64,000 bases of DNA, taken from assembly GCF_038025025.1 (NCBI RefSeq), contig NW_027117348.1, positions 310,001-374,000 on the forward strand. The letters are read 5' to 3'. The notes beneath the pieces were generated by a model. That model had not been told where the DNA came from, did not search any database, and saw nothing but the letters and a program-made list of their open reading frames with translations. This document shows positions 25,248 to 40,800 of the stretch, piece by piece. Every line of letters starts with the position of its first letter. Positions within the stretch are counted from its first letter, which is position 1. A program made the translations under genes and the position numbers. Source of the stretch: Phyllosticta citribraziliensis. Lineage: Eukaryota.

Positions 25248-27747
25248 TCTCGTCGGTCGCACACTGCTCAGCGAGAAGCTGCGGGTTTCAAGCAACGCAA
25301 ACTGCATGCGACCGATGAAAGTGGATGTGTACTTTTCACTCGTAGCAGTCCGACGGTTGTTTGATGTTCCATTCCGACATGCCGAGAAAGTCAAGCCAGG
25401 ACCAAGACGCGGGACAAGAACAGTATTTGTAGTAGGAGTCAGCCAACACGCACCCGGGCAATTGTATGCTAGCTGCGGCTCGGACGCAACTGAAGACGCC
25501 TGAGATCCTGCAAAGGCCTATGCTCACTCGCCACTGTTGCTCCACGGGTAGCAGGTGCCTGCCAGTCGCCAGATCACGGAAAGAGCTGCGAAACTGGCCG
25601 AGCGCACTGAGCTCCCTGTACACAACCCCGGTCGTGATGCTGCAGAAGAATCTACAGTGACGGCAGGTGGCTAGATCTCAAAGAAGGTCGCTGCGTGAGA
25701 AGCTGCCAGCAACGCGAGAAACTGTCGGATAAGGTCTAGTGAGTCTCGCGCGATCAAGAAAGGCTTTTTCGTGCTTCCGATGTCCTTCCCCTATCCTCGG
25801 CCTACGAATGAGTATGTCTTTGATGATTCCGGTCGCGACCCAATTGAACGGCATGTGCTCGACGTGCAATTCACCGACCTCTGCTCCTGGTGGTTGCATC
25901 GCTTCGCGACTCAGCAAGGAGAGCGCAGCAACTCACTTCATCTATTCAACACCAATAGTGATCCACAGCCAGGTCCTCTCCAGTCTTTGGCTTCTAGATT
26001 GTTGACAAGCAAAGGAATTGTCTGCATTGACCACTCGCGCCTCCCAGGCGATGAGCTCCCCGCGTCGACCTTCGCAGGCCAGCGTGTCTTTGACTGAAAA
26101 CGTGCGCCACATACGATTGATGGAACGCAAGAAACGGCGAACAGCAGAGCGAGAAGGATTCCGTCGTTGGAACCAACTCCCGGGGAAACTGACGTGGAAC
26201 GCGACGATTCTGTACCATTCAAGCCAAGCAGTGTCGCCTGCACTGCTGCTTCTCGCTCACTTCAGTTTGCAACACTCGACTTACTCTACGTCACCTGTCG
26301 CATAACAACTATGATCTTGCCCTGCTTGTCGGCATCCTGCAGATGATACACGCGGTGGGTCGCTTACGAATTCCCCGCGAACCAGCAGTAAGAACTATCG
26401 GCGCAGCCTCTGTCTCTGCCAACCTTCTCTTGCTTTCAGCAAACGAAAATGCGGAACTCGACTTGCATACTAAAACAACTCCACGCCCCTTCCGTTCCGC
26501 CAGTCCGACGAATCATAGGCAATGTGAGACTGAGGCGGCACCCATGCTGGACAGCCGGCGAGCTGACCCGAACTACCAATGCGCAGGCGGGCCGGGTCAA
26601 CGACTCCGCCTGAATCACTTTGACCTGTGCAACGTTAGCAGCGTAGTGGCCTTGATGTACAAATCCGTCAAGGCTGATGCATGCCGATGAAAGTCCGCCA
26701 TCCGGTATTCGTGGAGACTTGCGCCGTTTCGTCGACAATTTCTCTTCATGCCGCAACTCTCGCCACACCTTTTGCTGATTGGATTGCAGAAGAGTGCCGC
26801 CAATGTGTCGTGGTCTACCATCAAACTGTCTCTTGTCCTCTCTCCAAGCAAATGGAATCACGTCCTGCGCAATTTAGACGCCGTCTCGCGATGAAATCTT
26901 ACAAGACTAGGTCGCGATTCCACTGCTCCCTCAATAACACAGTGGGCCACGCCGCCCACCGACTGTCCAGCGCATGTTGCTCGTGCCCAGCGAAGTCCAT
27001 GACGGTGCCCAAGCAAAATCGCCATTGGCGTCTCAGCTGCCCCCAACCCCTAGTCGCAATGGATCGCAGGATGAGCGCACTTCTATTTGAATCCCGACGA
27101 ATCGGCAGAGCCCGAGAGATGCAAAGATCGGTGGAGTGCGGACGTACATCCGGCAAACGCTTTCCATCTCCCGAGTTGCCCGAAACGCCCAGGCAAATCA
27201 CGACGTCGACAGCCTTCTGTTCCCGTCGCGCGCTCTCCTTCAGGTACGTGTTGTCGCCCCATCATGAACCAAAAATAGGATGCTGACCACCTCAAAATAC
27301 AGGCGACGACGACTTGCGAAGCCACAGATACGCGGACGCCACCAACAAGCAAGGGTGGCACGGATGCTCCCCGAATTCAACTCCATCTCGAACGACACCA
27401 GCGAAGATGCAACGTTCGGGTTCTCGATCCACAATTGGTTCGCTTGTCGTCTCACACTGGGGCCCCAGAGTCAATCCGTGCTGCCACCGTCTTCCAGAAC
27501 TGCTGCTTCTAGACGATCGTGCCCGGCTCAATAACTTGGCCCCCAACAGTGCATCGTCAGACTCGCCAGGAACAGAAAAGCGAGGCGACAATCCCTGCCG
27601 CTTGGGGCCAATACGATCCTTTGAACACGGGACACGGAAGGGATGGAGCGGCCCGTTCCAGAACTTCAGGACCTTAAAAGGCCGCCGACGGACGACGTTC
27701 ACAGCCACCAACCAGCAACAGCTTCGAGCTTCGAGCCTATCGTGACA

Positions 27748-29515
27748 ATGCGCTGGTCTTCAATTTTCCAAGCTGCGGTCCTTGCGGGCGCCGCAAATGC
27801 TGCTCCGGCAGAGGTCCCTGCTGGGACAAAGACCATCTCAAAACGGCAGTCGACGAGCAGATATGTTTTTGCTCACTTCATGGTATGCACACAAGTCCGC
27901 TGCGAGTCCTTTTCGTCCGCGCTCACATGAGAAACAGATGGGCATCATAACCGATCGCACAAGCTCCGCCGACTACGATGCCGACATGCAAAAGGCCAAA
28001 GCCCTCGGCATCGATGCCTTTGCACTCAACGTCGCTCCAGATACCAGCGTCAATTACACGCAGCAGCTCGTCTATGCGTACGATTCAGCTGCCAGCAATG
28101 ATATGAAAGTCTTCATTTCGTTCGATTTCAACTCGGGCTACTGGTCGACCTCGGATCCCGCTGCAGTCGGGGCCAGGATCGCAGCATTCGGCAGCCATTC
28201 TGCCCAGCTCAAGGTGGACGACAAGGCCTTTGTCTCAAGCTTTGTCGGCGACGGTCTCGATGTGACTGCCATGAAAGACGCCGCAGGAATCGACGTTTTC
28301 TTCGCGCCCAACTTCAACCCTGGAAGTACTGCAGATGACTTTACCCTTATCGACGGTCTTTTCAGCTGGTGAGCCTTTTCCGATTGCCGCTTCTTTCTTT
28401 TACTCACTAGTTCAAGGTACGCTTGGCCAACCGATGGATCGAACAACCCTCCAAGCGCATCAAGCACTTATCTCCCAACGAATGCCGACACCGATTACAC
28501 GAACAAGATCGGTGACGTCTCGAAATACGTAGCGCGTAAGCCGGAAGCTCCCATCTGCCCCCGTGAAGATGCTGACATCGCTTGGCAGCCGTTTCTCCTT
28601 GGTTTTTTACGCATTTCCAAGATACGGACAGCTTCGCCGGGAAGAACTGGGTAACCCACCAACCTCATTAGACCTGAACTTACACTGACCTCTGACGAAA
28701 GCTGTACCCGGCGGACGACCTGTGGTTCACTCGCTGGAACGAAATCCTGGCGCTGGGCTCTCGATTCGTTGAAATCGTCACTTGGAATGGTAAGCAGCTG
28801 TGTCGACCTCAGGAGATCTCTCACTCACGTTCTCCAAGACTACGGCGAGTCGCATTACATCGGCCCCCTCTCTTCCAAGCACTACGACGACGGAAATTCA
28901 AAGTGGACCAACGACATGCCCCACGGCGGATGGGCTGACATCGCGGCTCCCTTCATCGCCGCGTACAAAGCTGGCGCCACGGCCGTCACTGCCGACCACG
29001 TCACCGCGACCGGTGGCGAAAAGGTCGTGTACTGGTTCCGCCCGCAACCCAAGGGCCTCGACTGTGCATCTACCGACAACGTCGGCTCGGCCCCCGACGG
29101 CTCCGACCTGGTCGCCGACTCTGTCTTTGTCGTCACGCTGCTCACGAGCGAGGCGACGCTCACCGTTACTTCTGGCAGTAATGCCGCGCAGACCTTCACA
29201 GCAGCCCCGGGCGCAAACATCTTCGAGGTTCCGATGGCCACCGGCACGCAGTCTTTCAAGGTCACGCGCGACGATGGTGCCACCGTTGTCTTCAGCGGCG
29301 ACGCGCCGAAGCAGGTCAGCAGCACCTGCGTGTGCGGCATCTACAACTTCAACGCGTTTGTCGGAATGCTGCCGGCTGGCGCGGTCGATTCGTTGGATAC
29401 GGACGGCCTGAGTAGGTTTACTGAGGGACTTAAGGTATCCACTTGCAGCCCGACGCCCACGTTGACGGCGAACGCGAAGAGGGGAGTCGCCGAGGCGAGA
29501 GTGACTGCTGTTTGA
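27748..29515 (+). CDS. Secreted GH71 alpha-1,3-glucanase (mutanase), multi-intron
   Basis: Signal peptide, KR propeptide site, motifs YVFAHFM, DMQKAKALGIDAFALN, KVFISFDF, VSPWFFTHF, EIVTWNDYGESHYIGP, YNFNAFVG. Confidence 0.93.
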
Positions 29516-30178
29516 GATTTATACATTTTATCAATGAACTTCTACCTCGTTCTGCTCTCCCGTCAAATGTCAGACTTCTCGAATATCGTCACACGGGTCG
29601 CACCGGAAATGCAAAAAATGAGAAAGTCCCCGGGGACCTTGAAATCATCATTTATCTTCTTGGGCAGCATCTAACACTTTACTACATCAACGCCATGCCA
29701 CGTCCACTACCCGTCCCGCGCCTAGCACTTGCGAAGCGCATCATCCATCTTGTCCTCGGTCATCCCGAGCGTCGCGTCACACTGCCAGCGGTTGATGAAA
29801 ATGTAATTGCACGTGTCAGGGGTGCCACGCGCGACTCATGTCATCGTACGCGGCGCGGACCTGGCTCTGACAAGCCCGGGATTTAGTGGTTAGGCTCATC
29901 CCGCGCGGAATGTAAAAGGCCTTCGTAACGTTGACGCTGACAAACTATACGTCTATAGGCCCATAGGAGGAGGAGGAACGGGAGTTAGAGTAGGATTAAG
30001 GTCGGGATTAAGGAGATAGAGAATGATAATATAATAACCTTCATTATTACGGCGCCTAGTATAGCGAGTCTTATAGACTACTAATGATCAATAGGTAAGG
30101 AGTAAGAGTAGTCATTACGCAGCCTATATAGAGTGACTATCTACTCCTATACTAGCTAAATACGGCTAGTATTATAGT

Positions 30179-30388
30179 TGTTATAGGCTAGCTAGAAACC
30201 TATAATTATATTAAATACCACTTAGTATTAAGTACTAGGCATACCTACGCCATAACTACTAGCCATAATAATAAGCCATATATACTGAAGTTACCTAACT
30301 CCTAAAAGAGCTTCTTAGCCACTTAGATGATTTAGCCCTGGTACCTATATGTATAATACTAATATAATAATAGAAATAAGAATAATAC
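30179..30388 (+). repeat. LTR-like copy (interrupted), homologous to 41818-42025
   Basis: Begins TGTTA; matches 41818-42025 with mostly C>T/G>A differences. Confidence 0.75.
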
Positions 30389-31607
30389 TGTAACGGTATG
30401 CTTCAGGTAACCCTAATTAGGCAATTACTAAGGCCACTTAGTGCTTAACTAATGGTTCTAGGTGTCTAGATATAGTACTCAATGAGTAGTAATAAATAAT
30501 GACCCCTGAAGATGGTTACGTGTACCTGGCCTAATCCTTTATTATATAGGGCTTATATGTGCCTAGATAATAAAATACTAAGGTGGAGTATGGCGGGTGG
30601 AGCTGTATAACCTAACATCTAGTCTATTAGCTTATATAATAGAGAGGTACTTCCCTATTAAATAAGAGGTGTAAGGAAGGGGAGTAGACCCTTTTAATTT
30701 ATACCACTATAACTAAATAACCTTAGACTGTTTTCTAAAGGCTATCTAATAGATAATAATATAGACTAAATTGTCATACACTTAGTTGTGAGAAATATAT
30801 GGAGGAAGAATGATAATCCTTAATAAAGAATTAATAAATGAAATATAAGAAGAATTGCTACTAAAGAGAAAGCTATTCTAGAGGGCTAGGAGGCCTCTTT
30901 ATATACCTTTCTAGTTAGTTCTAAGCCAATCTACTAGCTAGCTATTAGTAAGACTCATTTATTAGTTATGAGTCACCTTTGACTCTTAACTATACTCTTA
31001 CTATTAAAGTTCTTCTAGACTAATTTATTTAGATCTAGACCATTGACTATAACGCCACTATACCCTTATTCTAAGGAGTGGCCTTAAAGTCTACAATACG
31101 AAGGAGATAATATAAACCTTAACCAGGTTAAGTACCCTAAATTTACTAGAGGTATTAACTTTTCCTTCTTCTTTTTACTTTTTATTTTAGAAGGAACTAA
31201 CCGCGCCATTTTTCCCTAACTAGGACTATTCTTTAGTCCTCATATAGCCCATCAAATCCTGATATTAATAACTAACTTTCATCCATTAGTTCTCTCGGAA
31301 TAAGCCTTTACTTTAATTTATAAGAAGGGACATCCTCCTTTTTCTCTTCCTTAAACCTAAATTACTCTTTACTTATAAGTTATACTTTTAGGTCTTATAA
31401 TAGCTCTTTATATGACTATTATAATAATAGCTTATTAGGAAATATAGTAAGATTCCTAAGAGCCTAATAGTATACCTAGTAAGTTAGGTACCAGGGGTAA
31501 TGCAAGGGTCTACCCCTAGATAGGTGCTACTATAAGTAGTAGAATTTAGTCTATTATAATAGTCTCTACTATCCATAACACCTAAGCTAGTTTCCCTCTC
31601 AGCTAGT
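30389..31607 (+). repeat. Left arm of ~1.2-kb inverted repeat (begins with LTR-like TGTAAC..TCATACA)
   Basis: Reverse complement of 36594-37801. Confidence 0.85.
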
Positions 31608-34600
31608 AGGGACTAGTACTAAGTAAGTGAAGATTACTTTCTTACTAAGAAACTTCTACCTTAAATATCTTTATGAGTACTAGCGCCACAGACTCGAGAA
31701 CTATACCATTTAATAGGGCTTGGCCTATAGTACTTATATATAACACTAGAGTATGAATAATCCGCTCGTTATCTTTATACTTTGGTATCTAATCTTAGGT
31801 AAAGACCTTGTTTTTACAGATACCTCCTATACCTATAATAGGGACTTAATTAAGTGGTCAGTTTTAAGAAGTATGTTACTACTATAGAACTAGTAATCTA
31901 CCATATAATATGTGGTTAAGATAAGGTCTTACTCCCTTATAGTACCTACCTTCCTTCTTTCCTATTTCCTAAGGTAAGTTAGGCGAGGGAATATAAAAGG
32001 ATCTTATTATATAGATATTATAGATAGCCATCTTTATTTTCTTATAATTAATACTCCTAAGTAGACTTAATACTAACTTAACTTCTACCTCATTAGTGTG
32101 CCCTCTTTACTTAGCTTTACCTCCTATACTTATATATCCTAGTACTAGGTAAATAGTCACTTAGAAACTATCTACTAATTGGGTAATCTATTAGCTCACG
32201 ATAATAGTTTTGGTACAGGTTTTACTTTTTCTATTATTTATTTACTCACGTTACTACGGCCTTACTATACTAATGTACGAAATATTTAATTTATTTACCT
32301 ACTTATTTACTTATTTTATAGGCTACTAATAATTTAACCTTATTAGGGGCCTTTATTTACTTAGATAAGTAGATAGTATATAAATACTAGCTCATATATA
32401 TTATATTTAAATTAACTTATACTTTTAATCCATAATAGCTAGCGTACATAGAAGTAGTAGGTGCTAAATACTAAGTACTATAAAATATAAGAAGCGCAGC
32501 TGAGTACGCGTAATATTTATATAGTAGGGTTTACTTATTTTAGTACTTCCTATATAACTTTAAGATAAGCTTTATATACTATATTATTAAACTAAAAAAG
32601 GCGGTTTAAATGGTATATTTTCCGTCTTAATCTAAAATTCTATTAGTAACATATTTAGAAGAGAAAGAAATAACCAGATAAGAGATCCCTTTAGAAAATT
32701 AGCTAGTAGAGAGATAAAGCTTAGACCTATATATAAAAATAGAATAATAAGAGATTAGAGCGAGAATCCCCTATTAAAGTAGGGCGTAATTAGTTGTAGA
32801 GAGATGTAAATAAATTAAGTTAGCCGCCTAGTAGAACTCTATTATATACTACTATACTCTACTAATTAGAGCCTTAAGCACCTTAAAGTCCGCCTTTAAC
32901 TCCTTATAATCCTTCTTAAGCGCATTAAACTCTATATATAATACTATGTTATTACCTTTAGCCCTATCCTTACTCTTATCCTTGCCCTTAGCCTTAATAT
33001 AAAAGTCTATATAGTAGTAAGTGTTACTAGAGACCTTATAACCTATATAGGTGCTACCCTAATTCTTATACTCCTTATTATAGATGTAATACAAATGGCC
33101 GCGCCTCTTATAGCTATTATACTCAGAAGCCATCTTAATACTAAGTCCCTCTATAACTCTACCCATATAAGTATAGAAGTAGAGGGTCTAGTCCTTCTTC
33201 TATAAAACCTACTAGTTCTACTAAGCCTTATTAATAGACTAGAACTCATTTACTATAGTAGGTTAGTACTAGTAATCTATACCTCTATAAGTCTTCTTCT
33301 AAGGAGCATTAGGCGTGATAGGCGTAGTAGGTATAGTAGGTATAGTAGGTATAGTAGGTATAGTAGGAGTAGTAGAACTAGAGGTAAATACTATAGGAGT
33401 ATTATTAGGAAAGTCATTAGAAAGGTTAAATAGGCTTTAATTATTAGTATAGTAAATAATAGGGATTTTACGTAACTTATAAGATGTTATTAATAGGGTA
33501 TAATAGCTAAGAGTGATGTATAAAGGCATTATAAGTGCGCGGCTATATGAATAATAGAGGAGAGGGCTAGTATAAATTAACGCGCGCTATTGTTATATTA
33601 CTTATAGGATTAAAGAAGTTATTAACCTAAAGCTGACTAATAAAGTCTAGTTCCTCTACTTCTATATTAATGTCTTAGTCAGCTATAGTGGTGGTAGTAA
33701 TAGGTTTAATATTAGTAGGAGATAAAGCTTAGAGGTTAAGTTTTAAATTAAAGCTAAACTATAACCCTACCATCTTCTACTAATTATAAATATAAGTGAA
33801 TGCCGCCTACTAAAATCCCCTTAGAAATTAGGTATTAAAACTACTACTATAGTCTTAATAACGTCCTAAGACTTAATTAGGAAAATTAATAAAGGTGAGA
33901 TGAGTTCCTTTATAGTATTACCTCCTTTACTAATACTAAACTCTAGGCTAGGACTAGATATAATAATGACTTCCCTACTATAGGCCACTATAACTATATT
34001 AACCTTTATTCTATATATAGATTTTAGGTCCTTTAGAAAGACATGCTAGGAACTATAACATTAGTAGTCTAGGACCTAGGAGTATAAGTATTAAGGTAAG
34101 ACGCACCTTACTACTAGTATTAGTCCTAATAGACGCATGCTATTTATAGGCAGTGACAACCCTACGGTTTAAAGAGGTATAGCTAACAGTAATAGGATTA
34201 TTAACAGAGAGGTAAATAGTATATTTATAGATAGAATTACTATTATCTATATGGTAAGCTTTACCTATAAGGCTTTAAAGAGTTAACTTAAGAATGTAAA
34301 TACTAGAGAGCTGAGTAGACTTACTAGTTTAAGGCTATAATGAGGTTAAGGCTAATACTATAGCTAGCTAGTAATATAAGGAGAATAGTAGTATCATTAT
34401 TATTTTTAAAGCCTCATACTAGATACTACTATAAGATGGCGGAGTAGACTCAGCTTAAAGACTACCTTAGGCTCACTAATATCACGTGACGCGTAGGGAT
34501 CAAGGAAGAAGTATATAGACAGGCTTTATAGACTTAGTCTAGAAAGAGGAGTAAAATTTAATATACTCTTTCTATATAAAAAGTTCTTACCTCAGGTATA

Positions 34601-36593
34601 AGGTGATTTTCTTTCTTAAAAGAACCCTCTCTACTCATTTAAACCTAAAAGAGCTACGAGAAAAATCTATACTATTTTAGAGAAATTAAAAGTTAGTCTT
34701 TATAAAGAAGTATAAGTAAAAGAAAATTTAAAAGAGATATCAATAGAAGAGCACCACAAATCAAAATACCTAGAGGTCTTAAAGTAGAGTTTCTAAAGGA
34801 GATAACTTAGAAAAACCAGACCTTTCACCAAGTCACGTGATCAGTCACGTGATTAGTCTTTATTTTTAAAGGGACTATCTTTACAGAGATGGTTCTATTA
34901 CTAAGTTTACTTAGGAAGTTTTTTTTTCCTAAGGTCTCTCCTAAGGCCGATACTACTATCCTTAAGGGTATTTAGCAATGCACGCGCTAGGCCTCATTAG
35001 TATAAAGACTTTAGCTAAGAAAAAGCCAGTATATACTAGTAGAAGTTATTTAATTGCTTTAAGTGCCATTAATTAGGAGTAGAGGTAGAGGAGGAGAGTA
35101 TAAAAATAAGGTCTTTACTATTATAAAGGAGAAGTAGGTGCTCTAAAGAAGTATATTTATAACTACCTAAGATGATTAAAAGGTAGAGAGAAAAGGGAGA
35201 TATAAGTCTATAGGGGCTTTATTTGTAGGTGCTAGCTAGTATATACATTCTATATAGCTAGGGTAAGTAGCTATTTTAAAGGTACTAGTATTTATTAGAA
35301 TGCCCTAGATACATATTAGTATATTACCTAGTCATCTAGTGTGGCACTACTAGTCGGCACCGTTTTCGCGGCTCTAGAAGGTTTAGAGGGGCACTATAGG
35401 TATAAATGAAGTCTTTTATACCTAGTTAAACTATTATCTACTAAATACTTGGTTATTTATTTATTTATACTTATTATTTACACCTAAGTTTTATACTACT
35501 TAAATAATGAGATGACGGCCAGATAGTAGCTCATTTTAGTTAGTTTAGTAGTAATTTTAGTCCCGTCCTATAGAGCCTAATTATTTACCGCTAGTTAATG
35601 TCTCTCATGCCTCTACTAGTGCTAGTATTTTAGCCAGCTAAGTAAGTATATTAGTAAGTAGCCGATCCCGCCTACACTAGGAATATAGCAGCTACTATAC
35701 TAGCTACTATACTAGCTATACTTATATCCTCCTATCTATTACCTTTCTCTTATACTATCTACCTAGAGATCTACTAGCCTAGTCCCGAATTCGTCTTATT
35801 TACCTAAGATTAGATACTAAAGTATAAAGATAACGAGCGAATTATTCATTCCCTAATGTAAAATATAAGTACTAAAGGCTAAGCCCTATTAAATAGTATA
35901 GCTCTCGAGTCTGCTGCGCTAGTACTTATAAAGATATTTAAGGAAGAAGTTTCTTAGTAAGAGGGAAAATTTTACTTACTTAGAACTAGTCCCTACTAGT
36001 ATGGGCTGGATCAGCTACTCACTAATACGCTTGCTCAGCCGGCTAAAATGCCAGCGCTAGAAGAGGCTTGAGAGATAGTAACTAGCGGCGAATGAGTAGG
36101 CTCTATAGGACGGGACTAAAACAACCACTATACTAACTAAACTGAGCTACTATCTGGCCGTTATTTCGTTGTCTAAGCAGTACAAGACTCAGGTATAAAT
36201 AATAAGTGTAAATAAATAAATAACTAAGTATACCGTAGATAATAGTTTGACCAGGTATAAAAGACTTTATTTATATAAGTAGTGCCTCTCTATAAGCAGC
36301 TATGAAAGGGGGTATATAACCAGCCAATCTACTACTTAAAATGCCAATAATGTAAGACCTCCTATCGCTGCTAAAGATGCTAAGTTCGCCTATACTTTTA
36401 TCAGCCATTATTATTACTACCTAACCGCGCAGAACCGTGATTTCCCGAGATTCTAGAGCCTTCTATTATCCTATTATTACGCCAGCCTAATCTCCTACTT
36501 ATATTAGAGCTAAAATCGCCGTCGGGAACGGGAACAATGATGCCGAAAACAACCTTCTAGAGCCGCGAAAACGGTACTGACCAGTAGTGCCAC

Positions 36594-37801
36594 ACTAGCT
36601 AAGAGGGAAACTAGCTTAGGTGTTATGGATAGTAGAGACTATTATAATAGACTAAATTCTACTACTTATAGTAGCACCTATCTAGGGGTAGACCCTTGCA
36701 TTACCCCTGGTACCTAACTTACTAGGTATACTATTAGGCTCTTAGGAATCTTACTATATTTCCTAATAAGCTATTATTATAATAGTCATATAAAGAGCTA
36801 TTATAAGACCTAAAAGTATAACTTATAAGTAAAGAGTAATTTAGGTTTAAGGAAGAGAAAAAGGAGGATGTCCCTTCTTATAAATTAAAGTAAAGGCTTA
36901 TTCCGAGAGAACTAATGGATGAAAGTTAGTTATTAATATCAGGATTTGATGGGCTATATGAGGACTAAAGAATAGTCCTAGTTAGGGAAAAATGGCGCGG
37001 TTAGTTCCTTCTAAAATAAAAAGTAAAAAGAAGAAGGAAAAGTTAATACCTCTAGTAAATTTAGGGTACTTAACCTGGTTAAGGTTTATATTATCTCCTT
37101 CGTATTGTAGACTTTAAGGCCACTCCTTAGAATAAGGGTATAGTGGCGTTATAGTCAATGGTCTAGATCTAAATAAATTAGTCTAGAAGAACTTTAATAG
37201 TAAGAGTATAGTTAAGAGTCAAAGGTGACTCATAACTAATAAATGAGTCTTACTAATAGCTAGCTAGTAGATTGGCTTAGAACTAACTAGAAAGGTATAT
37301 AAAGAGGCCTCCTAGCCCTTTAGAATAGCTTTCTCTTTTTTTGCAATTTCATTTATTAATTCTTTACTAAGGGTTATCATTCTTCCTCCATATATTTCTC
37401 ACAACTAAGTGTATGACAATTTAGTCTATATTATTATCTATTAGGTAGCCTTTAGAAAACAGTCTAAGGTTATTTAGTTATAGTAGTATAAATTAAAAGG
37501 GTCCACTCCCCTTCTTTATACTTCTTATTTAATAGGGAAGTACCTCTCTATTATATAAGCTAATAGACTAGATATTAGGTTATACAGCTCTACCCACCGT
37601 ACTCTATCTTAGTGTTTTATTATCTAGGCACATATAAGCCCTATATAATAAAGGATTAGGCTAGGTACACGTAACTATCTTTAGGGGTCATTATTTATTG
37701 CTACTTATTAAGTACTATATCTAGACACCTAGAACTATTAGTTAAGCACTAAGCGGCCTTAGTAATTGCCTAATTGGGATTATCTGAAGCATACTGTTAC
37801 A
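36594..37801 (-). repeat. Right arm of ~1.2-kb inverted repeat
   Basis: Reverse complement of 30389-31607. Confidence 0.85.
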
Positions 37802-40800
37802 TCTAGTATAAAATCCATAATAAGGAGTTTCTTATAATTATATATAGATTTAAAGGAAAAAGGGAAGCATACTCCTAGGTCTACACCAGCCTTTTATGGC
37901 TATTTCTAATTACTAGGCCCTAGAATACTTCTCTACTAAGCGCTAACTTAATACTTATTAAGCCTAATAGTTAGAGAAACTTACTAAATACCACATATAG
38001 TTCATATATAGGCCTAGGAAAGATAATATTATTACTAATACCCTTACTTAGAAATAAGAAGAGTTATAAACCTAAAAGAATAAGAGCATTATTAGGCGTA
38101 TAATATAACTCATAGCTAAAGAATAGATCCTTAACCTAAATACCCTTAATATTACTTTTAGTAGCTTATTCCTAATCCTTAAGTGAATACTAGAAGTAAA
38201 TAAAATATCTAATATGCTAGAAGAATGGCGTATATAAGCTTAAAAGCCTAATAAGAAGGATTAGACCCTCTATAATAACCACCTCTTCTACTAGGAGCGC
38301 CTTATAGTTCCTAAATAAGAAACCCTACATATAGAGTTAGTAAATAAAATCCACTCATCGCCACTCCTCACTCACGCTGGATAAAATAAGATATAAGAAG
38401 TAGTTAGAAGGCACTACTACTAGCCAGGCATTAGCTAATAAATTAATAATATTATAGAGGCCTGCCGTACATGCTGGAGAAATATAAATTTCTATAATAA
38501 GAAGCTAGGACTACTCTAACCTCTCCCTATTCTAGACTAAGTCTATTAATACATCACTATAGACTTTAAGGAGATACCTAGGGATAAATCTAGGTATAAT
38601 ACCATTTTAGTATTTATAGACTAGCTAAGTAAGTAAATATTCAGCCTCCTATACTATAAGTTAATTAATACTAAAGGTGTCATATAACTATACTACTAGT
38701 CTATCTAGAGGACATACAGTATACCTAAATTAGTAGTTTCTAACTAAGGACCCTAATTCATCTCTAACTTTTAGAATAAGCTATATGTAATTACTAGTAT
38801 TAAATAGAAGCTCACCTTAGCCTACCACTCCTAGACTAATAGCACTATAGAAATTATTAACTAGGTTATTAACCTACGCCTATGACCGTATATCAATTAT
38901 TTTTAAGATGACTAGGTAGAAAGGCTCCCTATACTGGACTTTATATAGATAATACTCCTATATAAATCCATAGGCATATTCCCCTATAAGTTAATCTTTA
39001 GCTACCACCCTAGCTTCCCCTTTAATTAGGAGAAATATATAGTCTATCTAGAACCTACTAAGAAGCTATCTTACACTACTATATAGAAATTTACTATATA
39101 CACGTATGAATCTATATAATAGGCTAAGTAATAGCTAAGCCTCACCTAAGAATAAATAGTGTGAGCCATAAACTAATTCCGCTAAGAACTAGATTTTAAG
39201 GAAGGGAATAAGGTATATATCTTAGCATAGGGCATAAGTACTAATAGGCCTAGTATAAAGCTTAATACCTAGAACTAAGGTCCCTACTATATTATTAAGA
39301 AGAAGAGGTACTCCTATAAGCTAGAACTCCTAGTATACACTAAGATCACAAACCTTTTCCACATAGACCACCTATAGAAAGCTTATCCCCCCTACCAGGC
39401 TAGGTCCTCATTCCTAAACTTCTATTAATCTATAAGAATTAGGAGGAATATAAGGTTGACTATATATATAATAGCAAGGTAGAATGAGGCACCCTGAAAT
39501 ACTAAGTATAGTGGAAAGGATATAACTAAGATGATACTTAGTATAAGGCCCTAGATATAGTTAGTATCCCTAATTAAATTAAAGAGTACTATACTAAGTT
39601 CCCTAAGGTACCAGGACTACTAAAGCACTTATAAGATTAGAAGGATATGGTAGTATATAAGCTAAATTATAAAGGTACTATAAAAGATATTAAGCCTACT
39701 ACCTAAGTAGCTAACTAAAACTAAACCCTTTAATACTACTAGAAGAAGTAGGAAACCCTCTAAAACCCACTATATACTAAGTAAATAGATCCTTAAGGCT
39801 CCTTATTCTATGAACCCTCTACTTTAGACTAATAGGTAAGGGCCTCAGCCTAAAGTTAATTACTAGGACTATATGGTAGTAGAGGCATACCCTAGTAGTT
39901 AGTAAAGGCATAATTACTAAACCCACCTACTAGGGAACTATAAGGAGTGATAGGACCACGCACGATTTATATATGGATGCGGATGGTTACTATAGGAGTG
40001 AGTAATAGTGATAAAGACAAGGAGGACATCTTAGGACTAGAAACCTACAGCAGAGTAGCAGTAGATAAACTAGGAATAGGCGGAGAAGCTATACGCGCTA
40101 GAGTAACAAGACCAGCACTACTACTACTAGATTTATTAGACAAAGATGACGCGCTAGATGAAGGAGAATTAGCCTCCTTAGAAGAAGAAGGGCTGGACTC
40201 CCTAGATGAGGAAGAAGGACCTAGCTTACTAGAAGAGATAGGCTTACTAGGCGCAGGTGAAGATGAAGAAGAGTAGGCTACTAGGGGGACCACTAGAATA
40301 GTATAAATAGAGGACCTAAAGGGCGTATATAGAACTATCACCTCCTACTCTAGAAGGGCACCACCACCTAGTAAAGAAGTAGTAGAAGTAGGACTAGCTA
40401 TAGGAGCACCTAGTATATGGGCAGGTAAAGCCATATCTTTAAAAGGACTAGCAGGGCTAGTCTTAGTCTCCTTAGATGAAGAAGTACCAGCATCTGGTAT
40501 GGGCTTATCCTCTAAGGATAAACCATTAAGACTAGCTATAAAGTCATCTAGATGGTTAGGGACCTTACCTAAAGGATTATAATAGCTATTATAGACGTAA
40601 TTATCCGGGTTACATATGCTGTAAGAGGAAGTACTATTATCCTACCTATAATTACCATAGTAGAGGCCCGAGAATAACGATTGTACAGGTCGTCTATAGA
40701 AACTAAAGGAACCATAAGAATGCCCGTATGGCTATAGAGTAAAGATAAGAGCTCCTTATATATGCCATAGATAGTAGCACCACTAGGAGACTAGAATATC

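Noticed and set aside
33325..33372. (GTAGGTATA)n repeat
   Set aside because: Short RIP-altered repeat inside transposon debris; not telomeric.
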